Assembly (NCBI GenBank): GCA_964538855.1
Contig: CAZIEY010000001.1
Location: 163,059 to 227,058 of the forward strand
DNA: 64,000 nt
Direction of reading: 5' to 3'
Origin: an uncultured Candidatus Saccharibacteria bacterium
GTDB lineage: Bacteria; Patescibacteriota; Minisyncoccia; Phycocordibacterales; JAACPR01
The first letter of the stretch is position 1, and each line of letters starts with the position of its first letter. The translations under genes were made by a program, and so were the position numbers. The notes beneath the pieces are model-generated. The model did no database searches, had not been told where the DNA came from, and was given only the letters and a program-made list of their open reading frames with translations. This document shows, piece by piece, positions 48,680-58,542 of this stretch.

Positions 48680-48808
48680 ATGATCGCATGGATTTCAAAC
48701 CACTGGTTCGGATTCAGCCTCTTTGTCGGGTTCGTCATCGTGATCAACACTATCGCGATACGCCGCGACAAAGCACAAGAACAGGCTGACCGTGAAGTTG
48801 CTGAGTAA
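48680..48808 (+). CDS. small TM protein (not in the ORF track)
   Basis: GGAGGA SD; hand-translated MIAWISNHWFGFSLFVGFVIVINTIAIRRDKAQEQADREVAE*. Confidence 0.6.
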   Translation: MIAWISNHWFGFSLFVGFVIVINTIAIRRDKAQEQADREVAE

Positions 48809-48864
48809 AACGCGCAGCAACAAAAAAGACGGGCCCTCACGGACCCGCCTTTTTCCTTTTTATA

Positions 48865-49719
48865 TTAAGCTGTCTTATTTTTCCCAACCTTTCGTCTTGA
48901 AACAATGAAATTGTTAGAGTATTTCTTTGGTTTTCGAGTTTTTTGGCCTTTACCTGTTGGCTTACCCCAGAGAGACTTGGCTCGTCGGAGTCCTCGACCC
49001 TGACGACCTTCACCACCTCCGTGTGGGTGATCAACTGGGTTCATAGCTGTACCACGAACTGTTGGGCGAATACCTCGGTGTCGGTTTCGACCCGCTTTAC
49101 CAATGTTTACAAGTCGGTATTCAGCGTTTGAAACTTCACCAAGTGAAGCCCAAGCAGTGCTGATGATTTTGCGAATCTCAGTTGAAGGCATTTTGATGTG
49201 AGTCATACCCATGTCCTGGGCGATAACTTCTGCAAAAATACCTGCTGCTCGCGCAATTTTCGCACCTTCGTTAGGACGAATCTCGATATTATAAACAAAC
49301 GCTCCTACTGGCATTTTGCCAAGTGGTAAACGGTTACCAGGCTTAATTTCAGCAGTTTCGCTCGCAATAATCGTATCCCCAACTTTCAAAGATTTTGAAA
49401 GCAATACATATCGGCGCACACCGTCGGCGTAACACACGAGTCCGATGAAACCAGATCGGTTTGGATCGTATTCCACACTTTCGATTTTCGCAGGAATGTC
49501 TTTTTTGTCGTATTTGAAGTCCACTTCTCGGAAACTTCGCTTCACACCGCCACCCTTGTGACGAACTGTGATACGACCGAGGTTGTTTCGACCGACAGAT
49601 CGGCGGAAACCTCCTACCAATGATTTGTGCGGCTCGCTCGCAGTCAAAATGCCTCGATAGTTAATCGATGACATGTCTCGTCGACCGGCGCTTGTTGGTT
49701 TATGATGTTTGATGCTCAT
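48865..49719 (-). CDS. rplB: 50S ribosomal protein L2
   Basis: EYDPNRS and RGTAMNPVDHPHGGGEG motifs. Confidence 0.98.
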   Translation of the reverse strand: MSIKHHKPTSAGRRDMSSINYRGILTASEPHKSLVGGFRRSVGRNNLGRITVRHKGGGVKRSFREVDFKYDKKDIPAKIESVEYDPNRSGFIGLVCYADGVRRYVLLSKSLKVGDTIIASETAEIKPGNRLPLGKMPVGAFVYNIEIRPNEGAKIARAAGIFAEVIAQDMGMTHIKMPSTEIRKIISTAWASLGEVSNAEYRLVNIGKAGRNRHRGIRPTVRGTAMNPVDHPHGGGEGRQGRGLRRAKSLWGKPTGKGQKTRKPKKYSNNFIVSRRKVGKNKTA

Positions 49720-49729
49720 ATATTTTTAA

Positions 49730-50137
49730 TTAAACGAATTCGATTTTATCTCCCTTTTTCAAAAAGACCATAGCCTTTTTGCCGCCACCAACCAAAATCT
49801 TGCGAACTCGGTTGTGAGAAGATTTTCGAGCGAGATTGATAATGTTTACTTTGACTGGAGACACTTTGTAAATGTGCTTGATTGCTGATTTTACAAGTGT
49901 TTTTGTCGCATAAGATGCTACATCAAAGCAATACGAGTTGTTTTCGTCGGCCTTGATCGCAGCTTTTTCCGTAATTCGTGGCTTCACAATAACTGAAGAC
50001 ATATCGATGTTTGGATTTTGTTCTGCGTCGCCAGATTTAGCAACAGCTTTAACAGCTTTTACCACTTTGGCTTTCTTTTCGACTTTGACGTCTGCCTTTG
50101 CATCGTCTTTCTTTGTTTTTCTGCTGAATAGAGCCAT
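49730..50137 (-). CDS. rplW: 50S ribosomal protein L23 with K/A/V-rich N-terminal extension
   Basis: PRITEKA and KKAMVFL motifs. Confidence 0.93.
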   Translation of the reverse strand: MALFSRKTKKDDAKADVKVEKKAKVVKAVKAVAKSGDAEQNPNIDMSSVIVKPRITEKAAIKADENNSYCFDVASYATKTLVKSAIKHIYKVSPVKVNIINLARKSSHNRVRKILVGGGKKAMVFLKKGDKIEFV

Positions 50138-50141
50138 GGGA

Positions 50142-50816
50142 TTATTTGTTAGTAACTGTTAATCGTGAAGCAAGCGCTTTCATCGCCTCTTCTGCGTTTT
50201 CAATCACAAGGTATTTGTGGTTAAGCACGTTTGCAGGATTGATGTTTCGCACTTCTTCGACAAGCATGTTGTTGAAGTTAGCAAAGCTCTTCTCAACATT
50301 TGCATTTCGACCTGAAAGACCGATGATTGCAGTGTTTTTTCGCTTTGTCGCGAGCTTGTTTGCATTTTCAACCTTTGAAAGTGCAAGAATGATTTTCTTG
50401 GCATCTACTGTCTTTGGTTTTTCAAAAGACATAGCTTCAACCAAAATTAATTCGTTGTCTCGGATTTTTTGTGACAAAACTGTCGCAAGTGCCTTTGATC
50501 GCATCTTTCGATTGACCTTTCGACCATAATCTTTCTCATTTCGAGGACCAAATGTGATACCTCCACCTACCCAAATTGGAGAACGTCGTGAACCATGACG
50601 AGCCTGTCCAGTTCCCTTTTGCTGCCATGGTTTCTTACCACCTCCACGCACTTCACCGCGGTTTTTGGTATGAGCAATCGGTGTTCGAGCATTCGACATA
50701 ATCGAAGTCACAACTTGATGCACAAGGTCAGGATTCCATTTCAAGCCGAAGATTTCATCAGCAAGTTCAATTTTCTTTATTTCAACACCTTTGGTGTTAT
50801 ATACAGGTAATTTCAT
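50142..50816 (-). CDS. rplD: 50S ribosomal protein L4
   Basis: GGGKKPWQQKGTGQAR.GS.RSP motif. Confidence 0.97.
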   Translation of the reverse strand: MKLPVYNTKGVEIKKIELADEIFGLKWNPDLVHQVVTSIMSNARTPIAHTKNRGEVRGGGKKPWQQKGTGQARHGSRRSPIWVGGGITFGPRNEKDYGRKVNRKMRSKALATVLSQKIRDNELILVEAMSFEKPKTVDAKKIILALSKVENANKLATKRKNTAIIGLSGRNANVEKSFANFNNMLVEEVRNINPANVLNHKYLVIENAEEAMKALASRLTVTNK

Positions 50817-50827
50817 ATATTTGTGTA

Positions 50828-51445
50828 TTAGTTATTGCCTTGTATTTCTACTAATGTGCCCCTTCGACCTGGGACTGCACCTTGAACATACAATTCGCCT
50901 TTTGCGGCGTCGACAGCGACAACTGCGACATCTTTTAATGTCACACGATCGCTACCCATTCGGCCGGCCATACGCTTGCCCTTTGGTACGCGAGTACGTA
51001 GACCTCCACCGATAGAACCAGGTTCTCGTTCAGAGTGTTTCTGACCGTGTGTTCGTGGACCTCCGGCAAAGCCGTGTCGCTTGACCACACCTTGGAAACC
51101 CTTACCTTTTGAAATTGAAGAGATTCTGACTTTGTCACCCGCAACGAATGCAGATAATTCAATCTTGTCTCCGATTTTTACACCTTCTGGTAAGGTTTCG
51201 TAACGAAACTCCTTTAGATATCGGAAATTGCCGAGACCTTTCATGTGACCAAGAAGAGCTTTGGTGATGTTTTTTTCTTTTCTCTCACCAAAACCAACCT
51301 GAATCGCATTGTATCCGTCCGCCTCTTTTGTTCGAATAAGAACGATTGTAGCTGGTCCAGTCTTGATAATTGTTGCTGGATGGACTACACCGTTTTCATC
51401 GAAAACTTGTGTCATTTTTTCTTTTAGTCCAAGTAATGCTTTCAT
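50828..51445 (-). CDS. rplC: 50S ribosomal protein L3
   Basis: MTQVF, SKGKGFQGVVKRH and MAGRMG motifs. Confidence 0.98.
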   Translation of the reverse strand: MKALLGLKEKMTQVFDENGVVHPATIIKTGPATIVLIRTKEADGYNAIQVGFGERKEKNITKALLGHMKGLGNFRYLKEFRYETLPEGVKIGDKIELSAFVAGDKVRISSISKGKGFQGVVKRHGFAGGPRTHGQKHSEREPGSIGGGLRTRVPKGKRMAGRMGSDRVTLKDVAVVAVDAAKGELYVQGAVPGRRGTLVEIQGNN

Positions 51446-51536
51446 AATTAATTAACGGTTTTTGGGTAATCCCATAGCCCAACTCTCCGTGAGGAAAGCT
51501 GGGCTTGGGCGTATAGAGGGACTATTGTCCGTATAC

Positions 51537-51866
51537 TTAAATCATTTTTACGTCGATGTTCACTCCTGATGGCAAACTTAAGTTTGTCAGAGCTTCGATT
51601 ACCTTAGCATCAGGATTTAAAATGTCAATGAGTCGCTTGTGTACTCTCATCTCGAATTGTTCTCGTGCATTTTTGTACACGAAGGCGGCTCGGTTAACAG
51701 TATATTTCTTGATTTCTGTTGGCAATGGAATCGGACCGCTGATTTTTGCGTCAAAACGCAATGCGGTATCGATAATTTGCTTTACAGATGCGTCTAGTAT
51801 CTTGCTTTCGTATGCACGAACCCTTATTCTCAGCTTCGTCATACTGTTATCTTTTTTTTCTGTCAT
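51537..51866 (-). CDS. rpsJ: 30S ribosomal protein S10
   Basis: GPIPLPT and REQFEMRVHKRLID motifs. Confidence 0.98.
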   Translation of the reverse strand: MTEKKDNSMTKLRIRVRAYESKILDASVKQIIDTALRFDAKISGPIPLPTEIKKYTVNRAAFVYKNAREQFEMRVHKRLIDILNPDAKVIEALTNLSLPSGVNIDVKMI

Positions 51867-51951
51867 GTGGGTTGATTATCTCTCGTGCAACCAGTGGTTG
51901 AAGTGACCCGGAGGCTGACTTCAATAACCTGTCTGCAGAAAGTGTAGTAAT

Positions 51952-53142
51952 TTAGGCAATAACCTTTGTGATAACACCAGCTCCAACTGTTTTACCACCC
52001 TCTCGGATAGCAAAGTGTTGCTGATCTTCAAGTGCAACTGGACATACCAATTTCACTGTGAATGTTGCTGTATCTCCTGGCATAACCATTTCTACTCCCG
52101 CCTTCAAAGTAACATCTCCTGTTACGTCTGTAGTTCGCATGTAGAATTGTGGCTTGTAACCAGTGAAGAATGGTGTGTGACGACCTCCTTCTTCTTTCTT
52201 CAACACGTACACTTCAGCTTCAAATTCTGTGTGAGGTGTAACTGAACCTGGGAGACACAAAACCTGACCTCGGTGAACATCTTCTTTCTTCAAACCTCGG
52301 AGGAGGAGACCTGCGTTGTCGCCGGCGATTCCTTCTTGCAATTGTTTGTTGAACATTTCAATACCAGTCACAGTTGTCTTCATTGTAGGTTTGATACCAA
52401 CAAGTTCGATGTCTTGACCGATTTTGATTGAACCTCGTTCAATACGACCAGTAACTACAGTTCCTCGACCTTCGATTGAGAAAACGTCTTCAACTGGCAT
52501 GAGGAAAGGCTTAGCCAAATCTCGAACTGGTTCTGGAACATATGTGTCCAAAGCGTTGATAAGGTCGAGAATTTTCTTTGCCCATTCATCAGATGCAGAT
52601 GTTGCTTCGAGAGCTTTCAAAGCTGAACCTCGAATAACAGGAGCGTTTGAACCGTCGTAACCGTGTTTATCGAGCAATTCTCGAATTTCAGCTTCAACGA
52701 GTTCGATCATTTCTGCGTCGTCAACCATGTCGCATTTGTTAATAAAGACCACGATCTTTGGAACACCAATTTGTTTTGCAAGCAAAACGTGTTCACGAGT
52801 TTGTGGCATCATACCGTCTGTTGCAGCAACCACAAGAATAGCACCGTCCATTTGAGCGGCACCAGTAATCATGTTTTTGATGTAGTCGGCGTGACCTGGA
52901 GCGTCAATGTGCGCGTAGTGGCGAACATTTGATTCGTATTCCTGGTGAGACAATGAAATAGTAATACCTCGAGCTTTTGACTCTGGTGATTTATCAATTT
53001 CATCAACTGACTTCTTGCTGGCCATTTTTCCGTCCAATGCAAGGACGTTCAAAATAGCGGCAGTAAGAGTAGTCTTACCGTGGTCAACGTGACCGATGGT
53101 ACCGACGTTGACGTGCGGTTTGCTTCGATTAAATTCTGCCAT
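51952..53142 (-). CDS. tuf: elongation factor Tu
   Basis: [17 protein letters not shown] and NKCD motifs. Confidence 0.99.
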   Translation of the reverse strand: MAEFNRSKPHVNVGTIGHVDHGKTTLTAAILNVLALDGKMASKKSVDEIDKSPESKARGITISLSHQEYESNVRHYAHIDAPGHADYIKNMITGAAQMDGAILVVAATDGMMPQTREHVLLAKQIGVPKIVVFINKCDMVDDAEMIELVEAEIRELLDKHGYDGSNAPVIRGSALKALEATSASDEWAKKILDLINALDTYVPEPVRDLAKPFLMPVEDVFSIEGRGTVVTGRIERGSIKIGQDIELVGIKPTMKTTVTGIEMFNKQLQEGIAGDNAGLLLRGLKKEDVHRGQVLCLPGSVTPHTEFEAEVYVLKKEEGGRHTPFFTGYKPQFYMRTTDVTGDVTLKAGVEMVMPGDTATFTVKLVCPVALEDQQHFAIREGGKTVGAGVITKVIA

Positions 53143-53339
53143 TGTTTTTAAATTAATTTAATAAAGATTCTAAATAACTCTGTCTTGATTCTCTTCAGGG
53201 CGACCTTAGCAGAAGGCACGAGAACGCGAGCCTCTGCCCAGATCACCCTACCCATTTCCGATTTTTTGCAATACAAAAAAGCGCAAAATGCGTAGGAATT
53301 ATATTATCAGAGTTTTTCCGTGTTTGCAAATAAATATGA

Positions 53340-54080
53340 CTAAGAGAGAAGGCTCCAAATCATCTTAAACCAAGTGCGAAAGCTGTCGGCGACATTTTTA
53401 TTAATGATCACGGTTAGCGTCGCGTTCTCGTCGATAATTTGACCATTCACATTAGAAAAGATCACTACCCTATCCCCAAAAATGTCTATCGTTGAGTTAC
53501 TAGAAAATCCTTTAGGTAAAAATTTATGTGTACCTTGGCTTGTCTCTAAGACACTTGCAGGAATAGTCTCTTTGCTTCCATCAAACAGAATGTGAAATGA
53601 GAGTTTTTTAGCCTTAGCCTCTTTTACGAATTTTGCGAAAACTGTCTCGATTTTATTATCCGACCAAGCACCCTTCCCTCCAATAGTATACAAATCCTCT
53701 CCAACATTCAAAATATCCTGCATATAATTTTTCCACCCCTCTATACCTTTGTAAATGTAAACTGCCTCGGAGACAGGTTCCTCTATAAACATTGCCTGCA
53801 AATTGGGCATGATTTTATTCAAAGCTACTTCTTTTTCCTGAATCTTTTCTTTCAATTTATTCGGATTAACAGCGTTATACTTGTTCTCTTTTCCACCCTT
53901 AATTTCGAAGACAAGCCCTTTTTCTGTTAGACGGTTTAAGGAATCGTAAATATTTCGTCTGTGAATATCTGTGTGAATAGAAAGTTCCCCCACAGTTGAT
54001 TCACCCCATTTTAAGAGCGATTCATAGAGAATCGCCTCGTTTTTCGCTAAATCCAGTTGGGTCAAAATATGGCTGTACAT
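53340..54080 (-). CDS. TrmB-family transcriptional regulator
   Basis: L..NEAILY..LL..G, HRRNIYDSL.RL..KGLV, YKGIEG and F..IW motifs. Confidence 0.88.
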   Translation of the reverse strand: MYSHILTQLDLAKNEAILYESLLKWGESTVGELSIHTDIHRRNIYDSLNRLTEKGLVFEIKGGKENKYNAVNPNKLKEKIQEKEVALNKIMPNLQAMFIEEPVSEAVYIYKGIEGWKNYMQDILNVGEDLYTIGGKGAWSDNKIETVFAKFVKEAKAKKLSFHILFDGSKETIPASVLETSQGTHKFLPKGFSSNSTIDIFGDRVVIFSNVNGQIIDENATLTVIINKNVADSFRTWFKMIWSLLS

Positions 54081-54182
54081 AAGGAAATTGTTGTTAAAAG
54101 TTAATTAAATTTGATGTGGTGGTATTTGCCACTCGTTTAACATAGCACAGAATATATGGGTAGTCAAATTAATCAAACCCAT

Positions 54183-55235
54183 ATGCAAAAACAACAAAAA
54201 TTCTTAGTGGCGGTATTGATCGTAGCGACTGTAGCAATATTGACCCTTAATTCTAAAGTGGATAATACAGAAAGTATTAAAATCGGAGTAATAAGCGACT
54301 TTACTGGTCCAGCAGCGTATTGGGGCGAATCTTCCAAAGTTGGTGTAAACGTCGCGGTTAAAGAGTTAAAGGCAGAAGGATACAACGTTGATGTGACTTT
54401 TGAAGATTACAAGCTTGATGCACCGCGAGCAGCGACAGCAGCACAGAAATTGTCGAACATTGATAAGGTCTCTGCGATATACTCAGAATTCAATCCCGGT
54501 GCGATTGCAGCAAACTCTGTTTTAAAAGATACAGATGTATTTCACATGTATCTCGCAGCGATTACTTCCCCACTTAAAGACAACCCAAATGCATACAAAA
54601 CATATTTGGACTATGAGGCGGGATGTAAATTAATTGCACAGGAATTCAAAAATAGCGGAGTTGCTAAAATCGGCGTACTAAAAGCGAATCAAGAATTTGG
54701 AGAATTGTGTTTAGATGGGGTACGAGAAATATACGGTGACAAAATTGTTTTGGACTCATACAACCTCGGTGATACCAACTTCAAAACTCAGTTGTTAAAA
54801 ATCAACGCAGAAAAAGTAGAGGCGGTCATTAATGTCGGTTTCGAAGGAGACACGTTCAACACCTTAAAAGTTATGAACGAATTGGGATACTCATTAAGAT
54901 TAGGGACCGTAGAAGACACTATGAGCGACAAAGTAAAAACTACTTTCCCTAACCAAATTAAAAATGCTCTTACTTTTGGTTTCCAAGAAGTAAACAAAGA
55001 ATTCGTTAAGAAAGTCACTGCGGAAAACGGTGGTAAGTCTCTCGCAAGCAATTATGCAGCAGCCGAAGCTTACACCCACATCAAGCAAATCGTTAAGGCT
55101 CTAGATGCGTGTGATGAAGGCGATATGGAATGTACTAAGAAGCACATTGACATGTCTGCGCCAGATACGACTTTTGGATTTAAAAAGTTCAATGGACGTA
55201 TCGCGGACATTGGGATGCAGATATATAAGTACTAA
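54183..55235 (+). CDS. LivJ-like type I periplasmic-binding protein (orphan)
   Basis: IKIGVISDFTGPAAYWGE, FED and TNFKTQLLKI motifs. Confidence 0.85.
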   Translation: MQKQQKFLVAVLIVATVAILTLNSKVDNTESIKIGVISDFTGPAAYWGESSKVGVNVAVKELKAEGYNVDVTFEDYKLDAPRAATAAQKLSNIDKVSAIYSEFNPGAIAANSVLKDTDVFHMYLAAITSPLKDNPNAYKTYLDYEAGCKLIAQEFKNSGVAKIGVLKANQEFGELCLDGVREIYGDKIVLDSYNLGDTNFKTQLLKINAEKVEAVINVGFEGDTFNTLKVMNELGYSLRLGTVEDTMSDKVKTTFPNQIKNALTFGFQEVNKEFVKKVTAENGGKSLASNYAAAEAYTHIKQIVKALDACDEGDMECTKKHIDMSAPDTTFGFKKFNGRIADIGMQIYKY

Positions 55236-55240
55236 GGTTT

Positions 55241-55278
55241 AAAGCAAAAAACCACCCTCTCGAGTGGTTTTTTGCTTT
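55241..55278. terminator. bidirectional terminator between the convergent binding-protein genes
   Basis: aaagcaaaaaaccac...gtggttttttgcttt. Confidence 0.85.
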
Positions 55279-56345
55279 TACTGCAACTGCTCAACGACCC
55301 ATTCCCCGCCAACAAGATCATTATTCTCGTCAAATGAATAGGTACCCGTGTACCCCCTATAATTCATTTCTCGAACATACTTGTTCAAATCGTCACCAGA
55401 CTTTCCTTCACGCATAGCCTGAACTAACATCATTGTTCCATCATATGCACGATCTGCGTACGATCCAGGATATCGACCATACTCTTTCTTGAAATCTTCT
55501 CTGAATTTTTGGGAAGCTCCGGGAATAACTACATACACATTATCTTTTGCGGCCACATTAATTTTGCCATCTTCGTCATGCTTTTTGGCAATCTCTGTGG
55601 CAGCTAAAAATGGTAGACCTGGGTGCAATTCTTGCACCTTATTAATAATGACAGCTGTTGAAGTGTCGAAACCTGTAAATAGAACTGAGTCCGCGCCAGC
55701 ACTGATAGTCTTGCTAACAATTGTCTGAATATCTTGACCAGAAGCGCCGTATGGAATCCTCTCGGTGATGACAAGATTTGCTCCGGCATTTGAGATGGCC
55801 TTTTCAAAAGGCTGTATGTGACTGTCTCCCCAAGCCCCCTGCTCGAGCACTATAGCGACCTTTTTGGCGCCGGTCTTTTTCAACCATTCTGTTGCTGACC
55901 CTTCTTTCAAAGCGTTCTTTGGGGCACCGAACAAAAAATAATCACTCTCTCCTTCAACATGTTCTGAGGTATTCGCTGGGTTAAATGATACGATACGTTT
56001 CTCTTGGATAGAGTCCGCAGCAGCTGCCGAGAGAAAACTCCATGTCGGTCCGATAATAGCCGCAACATGATCAATGTCTACTAATTTACTAACCGCACTA
56101 ACAGTTTTAATTGGTTCTGTTCCATCATCTTCATAGACGACTTCTAGGGTGATGCCATCTTTTTTTAATACAGACTTTGCGAATTCGATACCGTCTTTTA
56201 TATTCTGACCATCAACTGCGGCCATACCGGTAAGCGAAAGTACGGCGCCGATTTTAACATCGTGCACTTCTCCTGAATAATTGTTTGAAATAATAAAACC
56301 GATGATAACGACTACGATTGCGACAATTGATAAGGTTTTTTTCAT
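55278..56345 (-). CDS. LivJ-like type I periplasmic-binding protein (orphan)
   Basis: KIGAVLSLTG, EDD, IIGP, AYD and GYTGTYSFDENND motifs. Confidence 0.88.
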   Translation of the reverse strand: MKKTLSIVAIVVVIIGFIISNNYSGEVHDVKIGAVLSLTGMAAVDGQNIKDGIEFAKSVLKKDGITLEVVYEDDGTEPIKTVSAVSKLVDIDHVAAIIGPTWSFLSAAAADSIQEKRIVSFNPANTSEHVEGESDYFLFGAPKNALKEGSATEWLKKTGAKKVAIVLEQGAWGDSHIQPFEKAISNAGANLVITERIPYGASGQDIQTIVSKTISAGADSVLFTGFDTSTAVIINKVQELHPGLPFLAATEIAKKHDEDGKINVAAKDNVYVVIPGASQKFREDFKKEYGRYPGSYADRAYDGTMMLVQAMREGKSGDDLNKYVREMNYRGYTGTYSFDENNDLVGGEWVVEQLQ

Positions 56346-56459
56346 AATTTATTTTTTACTATGCATATAACCATACGACACTTTTTTGTCTTTATCAACA
56401 TATTTTTATGATGAAAATATGATACACTACACTATGTAAATAAACGTTAAATTAACCAT

Positions 56460-57221
56460 ATGTCAGACACTATTGATAAAAACAAAGATATCAAGCAGGA
56501 GCTTTCTTCACTTGGAATGGACGAAAACGAAGCCACTGTATACCTCTCCCTCCTCAAATTAGGAGAAGTGGGTGCATCAAAAATAGTCAGAGACACAGGA
56601 CTTCATGGGCAAACTGTATATGACGCATTACACAAACTCGAGACAAAAAATTTGGTCAGGTTTAATTTAATCAAAGGTCGAAGGAAATTTATTTCGCAAA
56701 ACCCATCCATTCTCTTGAATTTGGTTAATAAGCAGCAACAGATCGTCGAAAGTGTTTTGAATAAGATAGAAAAAAGATTCTCGATCATCGACACAGACAA
56801 TATTGAGATAATAAAAGGTAAAGATTCTTTTGTTATTAACGAATTCAAAATGTTGCAGGAAGTTCCAAAAGGTAGTGAATTACTCATTCTCGGAGGCAGC
56901 GGAGATTCTTTCATCGCCAATTTTGGAAATAAGTTTAACGAATATGATTATCAGAGAACGAAAAAAGGTATCTCGGTAAAATATCTCGGAAGCGAGACGC
57001 AAAAGAAATATTTGACCGATTCTGTAGACAGCCGACACAACTTTGAATACCGGGTTATTCCGCAAGTGTTTTCTGGTGTCACAAATATCACTATTTTTAA
57101 GAATCACGCAATAGTTATATATCTCTTTGATGAAAACACGACTTCTATAGTCATTAGAAATAAAAAGATAGTCGAGAGTTATGAAGGATTTTTTGAAAGC
57201 TTGTGGGGTTTGGGAAAGTAG
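56460..57221 (+). CDS. TrmB-family transcriptional regulator
   Basis: LGMDENEATVYLSLLKLG, VYDAL.KL..K.LV and FESLW motifs. Confidence 0.88.
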   Translation: MSDTIDKNKDIKQELSSLGMDENEATVYLSLLKLGEVGASKIVRDTGLHGQTVYDALHKLETKNLVRFNLIKGRRKFISQNPSILLNLVNKQQQIVESVLNKIEKRFSIIDTDNIEIIKGKDSFVINEFKMLQEVPKGSELLILGGSGDSFIANFGNKFNEYDYQRTKKGISVKYLGSETQKKYLTDSVDSRHNFEYRVIPQVFSGVTNITIFKNHAIVIYLFDENTTSIVIRNKKIVESYEGFFESLWGLGK

Positions 57222-57282
57222 TTAGTCAAAAGAAATAACTCACAACATGCGCGAAATGTTGCAGGAAATCTTGTCTGCTAAT

Positions 57283-57422
57283 AAATAAGCAAAATAAAAC
57301 ACCTCTAAAGAGGCTTTCGGAGGACACTTGGTTTCTCCCAATTAGTGTCCGAGAACGAACTGAAATTTCCTGAGAAGGAAATTTACAGTGTACTCTTTAG
57401 AGGTGTTTTATTTTGCTTATTT
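57283..57422. repeat. 140 bp element with perfect 30 bp terminal inverted repeats
   Basis: aaataagcaaaataaaacacctctaaagag / ctctttagaggtgttttattttgcttattt; two inner hairpins; overlaps the rplL stop. Confidence 0.85.
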
Positions 57423-57815
57423 CAATTCAACCTTCGCACCAGCTTCTTCCAATTTCTTCTTGATCGCTTCAGCGTCTTCCTTCTTTACGCCAGCTTTCAA
57501 GTCTTTTGGAGCGCCATCAACGAGGTCTTTCGCTTCTTTAAGACCGAGTCCGAGAGCTTCCTTCACCACCTTAATAACGGCGATTTTTTGTGCGCCAGCG
57601 TCTTTGAGGTGGACGATGAAGTCAGTTTTTTCTTCACCAGCCGCAGCCGCAGCAACTGGAGCAGCCGCAGCCGCAACAGCGCTCACACCAAATTTCTTTT
57701 CTAATACTTTTACGAGTTCGTTTAATTCAAGAACGCTCATTGCTTCAATTTTTGAAACGAGGTCCTGGAATTTTGCAGGAACTTCAACTGCATCAACTTT
57801 TACTTCGTCTGCCAT
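57417..57815 (-). CDS. rplL: 50S ribosomal protein L7/L12
   Basis: [14 protein letters not shown] and [10 protein letters not shown] motifs. Confidence 0.98.
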   Translation of the reverse strand: MADEVKVDAVEVPAKFQDLVSKIEAMSVLELNELVKVLEKKFGVSAVAAAAAPVAAAAAGEEKTDFIVHLKDAGAQKIAVIKVVKEALGLGLKEAKDLVDGAPKDLKAGVKKEDAEAIKKKLEEAGAKVELK

Positions 57816-57860
57816 AAATTTGTTTAGATTTAATGAATTAATAATTTGAGTAAACCGTGA

Positions 57861-58349
57861 TTATGCTGTCTTTTTGTCCGCAATTGCCTGAAGACCAACA
57901 ACGAGGCCTTGAATTGGCGAATTGATAACGTTGACAAACATGCCACGCAATACATCGAGTGAAGGAATGAGAGCAATACCCTCGATTCCAGCTTTGTTCA
58001 TGAATGATTTTTCGAAAACTCCACCAACGATACTGATATTATCTTTGAATTTCTTTTGGAAGGCAAAGATTTCTCGAGCTGGTGCAGTTGCATCATCACC
58101 ATATACCAAAGCAAGTTCACCTGACATTTCTGGCAATGTTCCTGCGATTTTTGATTCGCCGAACGCCTTTTGAAGCAAGCTTTTCTTGGTGACAAAGTAA
58201 GTGACTTTGCTTTCGCGAAGTTTCTTACGAAGTTCCACTGTATCGGCCGCTTTCAAACCCTTGAAATTGACGAAGACTACAGACGCTTTGTCGGTAACTT
58301 CGTTCAATTTAACAAGAATGTCTTTCTTTTGTGCTTTTGTAAGTGCCAT
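57861..58349 (-). CDS. rplJ: 50S ribosomal protein L10
   Basis: GL....LRKKLR and IPSLD motifs; upstream of rplL. Confidence 0.95.
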   Translation of the reverse strand: MALTKAQKKDILVKLNEVTDKASVVFVNFKGLKAADTVELRKKLRESKVTYFVTKKSLLQKAFGESKIAGTLPEMSGELALVYGDDATAPAREIFAFQKKFKDNISIVGGVFEKSFMNKAGIEGIALIPSLDVLRGMFVNVINSPIQGLVVGLQAIADKKTA

Positions 58350-58371
58350 TTTGTTTCCGATTGTAACCCTT

Positions 58372-58506
58372 TAATAAAAAATCGACCATGTAAGGCAATG
58401 GTCGAGGAGTATTCACAACAATGCGCCGAAGCGTACTGTGATGTGAGACCTCGAGAGGGCTTATGCTGCAATGCTTTTTCAAGCTTTACCGCGCCTCTTG
58501 TCTTGA
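58372..58506 (-). promoter_or_regulatory. L10 ribosomal leader (probable)
   Basis: Minus strand AGACAAGAGG...TAAGCCCTCTCGAGGTCT resembles the L10-leader consensus; located 5' of rplJ. Confidence 0.6.
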
Positions 58507-58542
58507 GCCTTACGAGAATTACTTTAGCAGAAATAAGGGTCA

